Positions 12,190-24,000 of a stretch of 36,928 nucleotides of DNA are shown piece by piece. This DNA comes from Kudoa neothunni. Its lineage: Eukaryota > Animalia > Cnidaria. Location of the stretch: contig OZ199839.1 in the NCBI GenBank assembly GCA_964304625.1, positions 11,599,450-11,636,377 of the forward strand, given 5' to 3'. The notes beneath the pieces are model-generated. The model was given only the letters and a program-made list of their open reading frames with translations, made no database searches and was not told the DNA's origin. The stretch's first letter is position 1. Each line of letters opens with the position of its first letter. A program made the translations under genes and the position numbers.

Positions 12190-13504
12190 CTGAGTTTTGC
12201 ATCCAAATTCTAACTATTTGATAATCAAAGTCGAAATTTTAATAATAAACGTAAAAGTCATTAAAAATATTAGAATATATTGTTAAGGTCTATTAGATCT
12301 TAGTTAACGCAATGGAGGAGAATACGTAATGCAATTTAAAGCAAAAAGTAATCGATAAATTGTTATTTTACGTTTCAGTTAATTTCTTTCAATATCGAGG
12401 AGGTGCATGACATTTCCCGCGGAAAGTTTCCGCATATTGATAATAATTCTTCAAATTATCGGAAGATACAGAATTGGTGGCTTCTTTTATCGTATTTAAG
12501 AGATCAATCCCTACCTCTTATATGGCCGTCGCCCCGAAATTTTTGATTTTTATTTGGGAAAAAACTTCCTCATAGGGATTTAAGAAAAGGGTTATACCTT
12601 GGCAAGTGAACTATTTAATAATCATATTCATCATAAAATCCAATATTGGTATGAAAAAAGCGAGCATTATTCATGACGATCGTGAAATCGTCACTTCCCT
12701 AAGAATCTCTTTCAATTTTATCAAAAAATCCTTGGAATATCTCATGATTAACGTTACTAAAAACCGCCTCACAATGTACTACATTGGTGGACACTCACAG
12801 CTAATATCATGGTGGGTATTATCTCCTCAACTGTTCCCTAATAACAGGATTAGGAGTCTAACTCCTCAACGCTCTTCCATGATTCCTCAATATACGCAGG
12901 GTAAAAAGGACTTTCGTCCATAAATATGACGTTATTATATCTCCGATCAATGGAGATGCTATGAATACCACTCTACATACACTTTTCGCTCCAATTTAAC
13001 CGATTCACAGTTTCTACTTTGTGGATTAGATTAGGTCTTGCAAGTTTGAGTGTCATGTTCAGTGATTTTCAACCATTTCCAAACCGTAGTAGGATGGACG
13101 GTCAGGTAAAGTTTTCTTAATCATCGATTTGTAAAGTGATGGTTACAGTCAATCCTCTATAAATTTTATCAAGTTGTTCTTCATTTCTGAAGTAAAGGAA
13201 GTATGACTGCAATCTCCCTTATTTGCTTTATGGATTTTCTTGAATTTCATATAGTCTTCGATTATTCCACAAAGGGTTTGATTTGAGAATGCCAAAAGAT
13301 TCAGCAACTTTTCGTTGGCTTCTCACCCTTATTTACAACCAAAATCTATCACTCTCTTGCGGTTCCTATTAGAATGACTTTGCTGCTTTGACATTCCAAC
13401 AAACGTGAGTACAATTCGATACAACTCGTCTTATAAGTTCAATTCATGACCATAAAAAGGTCCGTTAAGAATGTTTAAAGTTCGACTTTGGATTCAAAAC
13501 CTGG
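12190..13504 (-). mobile_element. Tc1/IS630-like transposon (family A, diverged copy 2), missed by the ORF track
   Basis: Minus-strand terminus TA-CCAGGTTTTGAATCCAAAGTCGAACT at 13504 and decayed inverse CTGAGTTTTGCATCCAAATTCTAACT at 12190, with an internal CAAAGTCGAA repeat. TIR resembles that of 1687-2849. Confidence 0.85.
12379..13394 (-). pseudogene. Tc1/IS630 transposase pseudogene paralogous to 1743-2722
   Basis: Minus-strand pieces MSKQQKS..., RYNNVIFMDESPF, DFTIVMNNARFFHTNIGFYDEYDY*IVHLPRYNPFL/NPYEEVFSQIK are colinear with copy 1. Many stops and frameshifts. Confidence 0.88.
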
Positions 13505-13607
13505 TATATACTTTATTTTTATAAAGTATGATCCAAATTAAGATATTAAGAAAAATCTACAGTTTCAGTTTTAAACCTATAAAATCTAACTTATATTAAA
13601 ACAAATA

Positions 13608-16213
13608 GGTATTTTGTCCAATAATGCCTCCTGTCACAAAATTGATGTATGCGTGGGGGGATAAAAGGATTATTTTTATTTTTTTTCACTTTGAGCGTTG
13701 TGCTCCGAATAAAACAAAAATTACTAACACCAAAACAATATATTTTTTTCATATGTAATTAATCATTAATAAAAATTATTTTCTATATTTCACATAATTT
13801 GTTTATTTTCCTTGGGTCTACCTTTGGACTTAACTTCATTAACGATAAAAATAGGACGATCCTCAAAAGTTTTTCAGCGGTATTTTCATAAAAATACATT
13901 CTATTTCTTTCATATTTATTGCAATAATGAGGTAATGTCTTTGAATAAAATGGAATATTCATTACCTCCAAGTGCATTATGTGTATGTAACAGTTTTTCC
14001 CGCCAGTTCTTTGTTACTGTTAAGGTTATTTTTTCTCTGTTTTCTCAGATTCCTCACAAGCGGGAATCGATTCATTCAGTTCATCATTCATAATTGAATC
14101 AGATGATGTTAGCTTTACTATATCAGTGTCTTGTTTTGAAAAGGAGTCCAACGATGTTTGGAGAGGCCAAATTTGTAAGCACCCATCGTGGAATAATAAG
14201 TGAATCGATTTTAATGATATGTTTCTTGATCCAAATTTAATAGATGGGCACACGGTAGTTTTATGTTGATGGAAAAAAGGGGGCAATCACAAAACAATGT
14301 TCCCTTTAGTTTTAGTAACCATAGCAGAGTTTAGACAACAGGCGGACAAAATAATTGGATTTAAGTTCCCACATTGTGATATACTCCTCAGATTTATAAT
14401 TATCCATAATTTTTTCCACACCATATGGTGGGTAACAACTTAAAAGTTAATTAAAAAATTGGATCATCAGATATTTTTAAAGTTTTCATGGATTGTTGTT
14501 TTTGTTTGATGGTAAATTCGCTTTCTAATATGCGTACATACCGCAGAATTTCATCTATTTGGACAGGTAACGAAGATTTTGAGAAGAAATTTTTTAGTTT
14601 ACCGTGAGCCTGCCTGTTCAAATCTATTATTTGTGTTGGAACCAAAAGTTGATGCGTTTTGCCTCAAACATTCGGCCCACATCTCCGGATTTTTCAACCA
14701 ACATTTAACGAGGTACTAGAAATAATGGTCACTTATTTCCTTGATTTCGTGTATGTAATAAAGAAATTCCACCCCAAGTTTTGCAATAAATGATCTTTTT
14801 TTGAAAGAAGTTTTATTTAGCTCATTGTAAATTGATTATATCCAAGTGATTTTAATTTTTTCTAATCCAAGAATTTTCAACGTGATAGGAACACAATAAT
14901 ATTCTAGCATTAAGTGGGAATTTCTCCACCGAGTTCATTTTCGTGGAATACTTATCAACAAAAACCATTTCTTTGATGGTCACTTCATGCATTAATATAC
15001 AAAACGAAGACATAACTGTATCAATGGAACCTCGGGATTCGTCATTTACAAATGCAAAAAAAGACGGGCCGTGTACGTCCGTACGAATCAACAATAGTGA
15101 AATGGGTATCTCGTTTTATTAACTTTGTAGATGGCATCAAAATGTAAAACATCACCATGAACCAACACACAATTTTTTCTTATTTTGAGTATTGAAACAT
15201 AAAATGTTTAATTCGTGCGTATTTTTATTATTTGATAGACATCAAGTAATAATTCACCACTGTATTTTTTAGTAAGATTATCCATACCAAACGAATCCCG
15301 GGATTCCTTCTTCATGCGATTCTTTAAATTTCGTATTTTTTTAAACTAAATGAAATATTGAGATCGGATTCGAGAGTTTCTTTCACTCGTTTATTGTCTG
15401 CACCCAAAGTGAAGCATTGTGACAAAGTTCTTTTTAATTCATGAGACACATTTTGACTGTGTTTGTAATAACTTACATCATATTTAGGATGATTATGCGT
15501 GATGTCATATTTAAGTACACTAAGTGACTCATCCCGAAAAGATATGACAATGAATGCAGGACAACCTTTCATCAATGATGAATGGAAATCTTTTAAATAT
15601 TTGCTTTTGGAGTTTTTTATCTCCATGGGGGAAAAATATATTTGATATATCTGTAAATTAACGTTTTGTTTTCATCCTGGATGATATCGTTCTTTAGTTT
15701 GACACTCCTGTCCACTCTGTTATGTAAATCCAGAACTCTATTTTTTTTAAATACAACGTTTTCTCTAATTTTAATACGTTTATAAAGTCATCGAGACATT
15801 GTTTCATTTCAGAATATGAATAAAATCGACCGTGAAAGAATCTATGTGTGTTCTCCGCCTTATCAATGCAATTAATCAGTTAAGCACTCACGTGAATTAT
15901 TAAAGGATATCTTTTAAATAGATATTTCTAGCCAAATTTAAAAAACTTATCAATTCCTCAAAACTTTTACTTTTTACAAAAATAGTGGTATAAAATCGTC
16001 CAAGATGGTATTATCAACAATTCACATTTTTTTAAATCCAATTACAAACTGATGTACTCAAATTATATGAAAAAAATATATTGTTTTTGGTATTAGTGAT
16101 TTTGATTTTATTATTTGAAGCACAACGCGCAAAATAAAAGAAATAAAAATAATCCTTTTATCATCTGCGCATGCACCAGTGTTGTGGCAGGAGACACTAT
16201 CGTTCAAGATACC
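13608..16213 (-). mobile_element. Mutator-like (MULE) transposon with long (~150 bp) TIRs
   Basis: 13608-~13760 (GGTATTTTGTCCAATAATGCCTCCTGTCACAA...GATAAAAGGATTATTTTTATT...CAATATATTTTTTTCATAT) is the inverted copy of ~16061-16213. The element encloses a MULE transposase. Confidence 0.9.
13800..15870 (-). pseudogene. MULE transposase pseudogene with FAR1/WRKY-like DBD and SWIM zinc finger
   Basis: KGCPAFI...HNHP; HGDVLHFDAIYKVNKTRYP (first D); FVDKYS...ILLCSYHV (second D, CxxH); WLKNPEMWA...NTNNRFE (E); CDC...LPCAH SWIM remnant at about 14245-14295. Frameshifted, ends approximate. Confidence 0.88.
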
Positions 16214-16399
16214 TATAGATCAGGCGATAAAGTTAACATCAAATAATCATATAACACGGTTTATTGACAATGTACTACATTTCGGGACAATCCGAAACAT
16301 ATTTCAGATGATCCACTTATTAGTCTCGAAATATCGGAGTAATTTTTTGGAATTTTCGAATATTGAGATTACTCCAAAACTCGCATTTTAAACCCCTAA

Positions 16400-17024
16400 A
16401 CATGATTGTAAACCGAGGTTCCGGTTTTTTCGAAAATAAACATTGTCTTGCGCGCGCGGTTTTTTTAAAATTTCTACGTAAAGGGATTCTTTACTTGATT
16501 AATAGGCGATTTTTTACTATTTATTAAGTAAAATATTTTAATTTATTTCATATAAATTAAAAATGTTGAATATATCAATTAACTAAGAATATGGATACTT
16601 AAAGGAAAAACAGTAAATAATTATATCAGTTTTTACAGATCTACAGAGGAGTAGTCTGATTTTTTAAATAATTGATAATTAATTTATGTTTAATATACAT
16701 AAAGGTATACGTTCAGATATAGTACGAATTTAAATAAGAACTGGATGCTTAAAATAAGTGTTTTATAAGAAAAATTTATTAATAAATAACCTAAAAAATA
16801 TTTTTGTTCTAAATTATTCATTTGTATATATGCTACATTGTATATGTCGTACGATGATGGGTACTATTTTTATCCGGAAATATGATTAAATAGTTCTTCC
16901 AGTTTCAAGTTACCGAGGTTCCAGATTAATCGAACATTTATCGGAATGTAATGTCAATAACATCACAGTAAAATCTAAACTTTTTTCCGGATAACGAGAT
17001 GTTCGGATAATCGAGGTTCGACTG
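16400..17024. mobile_element. Tigger/pogo-type non-autonomous remnant (one terminus)
   Basis: Minus-strand TA-CAGTCGAACCTCGATTATCCGAAC terminus at 17024. Related CCGAGGTTCC subterminal motifs at about 16413 and 16913. Left boundary uncertain. Confidence 0.55.
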
Positions 17025-17371
17025 TATACATTAAATCTAAAAGTTATTTTCTATAATTTTTTAGAATATAATATATACATTTACTTTGATAATAAAAATA
17101 ATATTGTCAACACATTTAAGAAAACAACTTCAAATGTTATTTTCATAAGTTACAAGCTATACCAGTACCGTTTGGTTACGTGATGATATCGTACAATACA
17201 GCCTATACGCTAAGTTATTTAAAGCGATCTATTATAACTTTTGATAAAAATTTTATAGTATTATCTATGAATTTAATCAAGTCAAATTTTGGCATACTTT
17301 TGCATTCGAATTTATTGTATCACGATATAAATTTTTTTCTCCAACAAAATAACAGCTCAAAAATATTCTAT

Positions 17372-17405
17372 TATATATATATATTATATACATATATATA
17401 TATAT
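17372..17405. repeat. Imperfect (TA)n microsatellite
   Basis: tatatatatatattatatacatatatatatatat. Confidence 0.8.
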
Positions 17406-18017
17406 TTACATACAAACATATAATTTTTAATAATCTGATCTTAAGGGAAAAATTATGATATAAATCCTATTAATTTATGGTGGAAATATTATTTGTCGTA
17501 TCCATAATTTCATTTTATGTTTGGTGAATGAGGATAAAAACAGATAAACTTTACGAGAAAATAATTCTTTCTCTAAAATTTGTCAGGTATCGGATAAACC
17601 GTTTACATAAATATTTTTTGCACATTGATAATTCTACGTACATGCATATGCTATTATCATTATTAAATATTGAAAACTATGATTAATTAGATTTGGTGTA
17701 ATTATTAGGCGAAATAATATAACGAAAATAAAACTAAGCATGTCTGAAAATATTATATATATGATCGAGTTTTTTAGTGTAAAAATAGTTCTTAAAATTA
17801 TAATTTTACAATTATTAAATTTTTATATCATATAGAGAAGGCTACCTTGATAGGGGAAAGTGTTTAACAACAAAGGCACTATCACTATTAGTTAAGAAGA
17901 AATTTCCGCGGAGTAAAATATAACAATATTACAACATAATCGAACCCTATTTTATTTTTGCATTGCGTCATAATATCATAATGTTAATTTTTTAGGATGC
18001 AGTTTATATATTTTATC

Positions 18018-21000
18018 TTAAATTGCTCTGTTAAGTTTGGTAGTGGTATATGCAGAGCCTGAGGGATGATGGACGACTTCAGAAATAGCAATTCTGATCA
18101 AAAACTAAAAAATATAAAAATTATTGTGATATAGTGAGATAAATATAGGCAAAATTACCACTGCACTCAGCAGAACAGACAACATCATGACAAACATCAA
18201 ATATTGAAGATTCTAAAGGTTTGAATGTGTGAGAAATCGTTATTATTTTCAAATAAAATTTTTTTAACGTAAATCTAATAAAACTTACGTAGCGTGATAC
18301 TAAGCTTACAATAAATGGGCCGATGGCAGAACCTAATTGATATCAATACACAAAACGATACATGACAAGCAGATGGCTCACCTATTGATCCAGTTCCATC
18401 AATAATTGCTGCTATCGTAGCTTTTGCTTTTTTTGAACCTAGACTGGGATGCTCACCCTATAATGAAATAAAATAAATTATATATTGGCAGCTTGTAGAA
18501 TTGTTTGCATCTAATGGGTCATCGAGAAATATTTACTAGATGAGTGGAAACCGCAGTGGTGATAAGCGATGATGGGGCACACGTGAAAAATCCTGCTACA
18601 ACCAGCAACACTAATCATCCCAACAATTAATCCATTTACGAGTGTTCATCATCGATTACCTATGCACAAGACAAAACTTTCGGCTCCATATAACGAATAT
18701 AACAACAGCTAGAATAAAGTCTTAATTTCCTTGATAAGCGTTGTTCGAGAGATTACCGATATCGCAGACAATGCCTGACAAACAACACACACAAGCGCAC
18801 TTTTATTATTAGAAAGATCACTCGCTAGCCCAATGAAGAAACAGCCTATAAAATGTAAATTGATTTAAATATTAAGGCTGCCAGTTGTATTCAAATTACC
18901 AAAAATAGCCCCTATATCAAATACTAAAGCCATGTAACTAGCAATAGAGGTTGGAAGTTTTTTATTATCGATTCCTGAATTTTTATAAGTTAGATCAATT
19001 TCACTTGTATCTTATGTGCATTACCCACATTACTTATGTAAAAAGGCAACCAAAAAAGAAACGTATAGGTGACAAGCTTGCTGAAGAATAACGAAAGTGA
19101 GTACTCGATTACTCCCTAAACAAGAATAATGATGGACACAGAAAAAAAAATTATTACGCTAATTGAAAAATATTAGTTTATTTATTAAAATTATGTTAAT
19201 AAAACGACGTGAGAGTTGAATATATTATATTATAACCAAATAAAAACGTATATTTACGGGAATCATTAGCGCCCTGAAAAAACCTAGAGCTTCCTCTTCT
19301 CCTGATCCAACATCTATATTTTGTTCTATTTTATCTTCCAGTAACATTTTGTCTAAAGCTTCTTCCTCATGAACTTTGGGGCTATTTTCTAACAAATTAT
19401 GAGTTGGTGTTAGAAATCAATTTATTGTTTAAAAATGCAAAAATATTACTTGTATTGGTTTGATCTTGTTCAGCTGTTATCAGGGGAGTTTGACCTTCAA
19501 TGTCCTCTGTGGGTAAAATAGTGTATTTCTTTTTCAAATCAAACCCAATATAGCTTGGAGCTAAGAAACATCATTCACCGATATCAAAAATAAAAATACA
19601 TCCAATAACAAACAAGAACATAATTAAACCAGTTATGATATTTAGGGCACCAGGTACAATAAACGATAGATCCCTAATGAGTAAAATTCTCAATTGCTAA
19701 CAATAACTAATCGCTCGGTAGATACCAATGGTTGTCAACAAAACTAGCAGACAACACTTGACCCAATATGTTTCCAATGTAGACATTAGAATTCCAGATT
19801 CCAAGTATGATTCCGAGCTTGGTATGTCCAAACCAATAACCCATAATTCCCATGATTGAAGGCCATCCAAATGATTGTACAATACCAGAAATCACCTAAT
19901 TCATATTTGAATATCAAATATACTCTACTTAATTCAATCAAGACATTCCACTTCCGATTCGTTATGGGATTTTAAATGCTAACAATTAACAAAACTAATT
20001 ATGCAATCATACACTTATATCGTCCTTCAAATGGAAAAAACATGATTTTTGATATAATATGATTAAAGTTAAATTCCCAAATTTTACATCAATCAGCTAA
20101 TCACATTCTATTATGTTTAACCCTCTAACGATTTTGGGGTAAATTTTACCCCAACGCAATTTTGTATTCCGTATATCTCTTTATTCCAATTATTAAATCT
20201 CATCAAATTCTCAGTATTCCTGGTATTTACAGTGATTTAATTTTAACAAACAAATTAGTAAAAACTGATGAAAAGAAAAAATTTTATTTAAATATTATCC
20301 TCGAAAGGTTTTTGGGGTAAAATTTACCCCACTTTTTTATTAGATTAATGTAGTGAGTATCTTGTAAATAATAAAATAATAAATTTTTAGTTAAATAAAA
20401 CGAGTAGATTTGAAGAAAACAATGAATGAAAAGATTAGTTTGGTCAATGCGCATGTGCGAGTAGCGCCTAATTCTACATAAATGACGCGAGTGATTTCAT
20501 TGACGAATATACTTCATCTGGATGCGAAGTTGACGATCAAGTTATTGATGAAAGTGATATATCGGACAAAGAAATAGATCCCATAGATATTAATAATAAT
20601 TTAAAAATTAAAAGTGGAATTATTTTGAGTTTATCCAAATCACATATGAGAAAAGCCTGCGCCCAAAACATAATGAATAATGAATTCCATCCTTTGTGCC
20701 ACTTCATATGCTGTAGCAAAAACATAGTCATTCATTGATCGTTTTTTGTTATTCTTTGCTTCAAAAATCGGTAATGTTATCATAAAGTATACAAAAATAT
20801 GTTTGGAAATCACTATTTTAATAATGAGTGACATGATACCAATGGAATTGAATTTAAAGGTGATGTAGTCTTCCTAATACTAATAGCTATTCATAAGGAT
20901 AGACAAGTACCACTGATAATAGTGTAATCGATGCGTCTAAAAATTTTAAACCCCATACGATAACGCATAACAATACAACCAAGTGTGGGGTTGATAATGT

Positions 21001-24000
21001 GGATAGAACGTTGGCATAAATTTCTGCCCAGAAGTTTAAATGAAGATAGCCGCTTATCGTCTTTTCAGCATGATTCATATCTCGCTGATTAATGCATTTG
21101 AATTATTCAATGAGATATTCAATTCAGAGAAAAAAATTAAGGAAAAAATTTCTGAAAGAGATTTTTGAAGAATTGTACAATTCGCTGTAAATTGAATCTT
21201 CAGAAAGTTATCAAAACAAATTTTAAATAAAAAATCGTCACACTGAGATTATTGGGAAAGATAAAATGATATGAGAAATTCTAAATGGTGTCATAATTGT
21301 TGCAAGTTTTATTTCTTCACTCATGCGTCAAAATTATTTTAAAGTTCCAAAATTAATTTTTGTTTTTTCGTTATTTTCTAATTTTAATGAGTTTTTTTAT
21401 TAGCCGATAACTTTACTTTTATTTTGTAAACACTTACGGAGAACGTCGATATATCCAGATAATGTCATAATCGAGATTAGGTTGAGATTATTTGCCCTAA
21501 TTAATACAATATTCCAATGATTCTATTAGTATTAATTTAACAATGTTTTGTATTCCACATTTAATTATTTTTTTACACACATCCGCGCAATAAAAAAGTG
21601 CGGTAATTTTTACCCCACTTGTGTTACACCGGTACCGTTTTTGAGATTGTTAGTGGGTTAATCTAACATGATTTATTATTATAAAGTTAGAAGTATCTAT
21701 ATTAATCTAAAGTTTCAAAAACTCACATCGACATATTATTTTACTTCATAGTTTAAGAAAAATTAATTAAAAAACTTATTTAACCTCTGGTCTGAAGTAA
21801 GTAAAATATTTCATGTGTTTAAGTCATAAATTAATTTTTGAGGAATGTATATCTTTGGTTAAATATGTTTAAATGTATTGAAAATAAACGATTTTTATTT
21901 TTAAATGGTCAACGGCATATTGACTAGAAGCTTAAATTTCTTATAAAGTATTTTTAATATTTGTATTAGAATTTTTAAAGTGAACACATATTAAATGTTT
22001 AATTTTTTTATGTAAAATATTATTATACTCGGTAAATTAATTATTAATTGTTTAAAATGGATATTTTCAAACCCAAAATAAAATCAATATTAAACCCTTT
22101 TATTAAACGTAGTAAACGCTTGCTCTGACTTTCTTATGTTTTTATTTTACTCAATTTTTAAAAATAAAATTAAATTTTGTATGACTCTGCCGAACCTAAT
22201 TGGATTTATAAAAATAATATTGTGAGGAAACCTTTCAGTTATATCTTGAATAAGACAACAACGATGAACTAATCATCTCATATTAAAACCAAAAAGAAAT
22301 CGTGCAGTTAGAAAAAAATGATTATTTTTACAATCAAAATATTAGTAGGAGTAAAGAAAACTTAATATAATATTTTAAAAAGTACCGCGAATATACACCG
22401 AAATTAATAGAATATAATCTAAACGCTCTTTCAAACATTCGTGATCCGAGAAAACGCACTCTGAGCGAAAGCAATGTGTAAAAATAATCATTTTATTTAT
22501 AATGGTTAAAATATAAAATTTAATCTGTTTTCAATTATAATGAATTTTAACTAATTAAATGGAAAAACAAAATGTATCCCAATAATCAATATAGCCAGTT
22601 TCGCCTTGAGTCCACTCACATTTATGATGAGATATATAGAACCAAATTTCTAATTTTTTCAATCAAAAGTATAAATCATACATTATATGGACTGAATTAA
22701 ATATCATCATTTATTCTCATTATCTGAAAAAGATATAAAATTCAGGTATATATATTCATTTGAGAAATTCGTTATTAAATATTATTTGGGGTTAATTACA
22801 GGATCTGTGCAATTTTCTATAAAAGTGAAAAATTATCGGAAAATATATAACTAATTTAAACTCTAGAATTAATTTTCTAAGTAACATGGGGTGAAAAAAG
22901 ACCCCAGATTTTTATTTGAAATTTCAAATCTATACAATTCAATAATTTCACTAACAAAAGAAAACTTAAATCGAACAGTGGTTTCATGTTGAAAAATGAC
23001 AAATATTTAAAACCCCCACGATCGCATACGCGCGCGACATTGTTTTAGTGGAGATGGAATATTTTTTAGCAAGTAGCGATGATAGAATCGATGAATCTGA
23101 CCTTGATTCATTGGATTTGGTATATACGAGGAGATATGATAGTGACGACGTTGAAGATGAATCCATGATTAGTGAATATGCTGATTCCCTCGCTGATAAA
23201 ATAATAATTTTTTAACCGTCCTGAAATCAAGAAAAACAAAAGATGCGGATGAAAACATAGTTAATTCTACACGAGATGTGACTACATACGCCATTCAAAG
23301 AATTTCTACTATCGATGGATGTTTTCATCATTTTCCCCCTTGGAAATAATGAACAAAATCATTAAATATACCAACCAGTATGGGAATAATCATTATGGGG
23401 AAAAAGTGGGAAAAATGTTGTTGTCGATGAAATACATGGTTTATTGGCTGTATCTTATATATGGCTATCCATAAAGATCGACAAGAACCATAAGTTGATT
23501 TGTTTTAGTTCTACTGAAGGCAGGCAAATGTACGAAGATTCATTTTCTCTGCGAAGATTTAGATAATTAACTAGAGCAATCCATTTTGACGACGCAAATG
23601 CAAAAGAATAGAGAAAATTAATGGATAAATTTTTTCCCATTAGAAAGATATGGTTCAATATTGCGAGCAAAAATTATAGTCTTAGGTTTGATGTGTGTCT
23701 TGATGAACAATTGGTATCCTTTAGGGGTAACTGCTCCTCATGCAATACATAAAGAATAAATCTACGGAATACGGGTTAAAATTTTTTGTAATAGTAGATC
23801 CGCAGACTTCCTATGTATTGAATATGGATGCATATATTTTAAAAAATGTTCGACTGATGTCAAAGTTCATCATGTTGATAAGAATATTGCTCTCAAATTA
23901 ACCGAAAATCTAATTGGTTCAAGATGCAATTTGGTTTTGCGATAATTATTTTTACATCGTTTCCCTTCAGTTGATGAATTAATCAAAAGAAGAACGACCA

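Noticed and set aside
12606-12923. 105-aa plus-strand ORF
   Set aside because: Antisense to the Tc1 transposase pseudogene.
19545-19560. Possible 16-nt microexon in the SLC37-like gene
   Set aside because: The frame stays open to the donor at 19449, so no extra intron is required.
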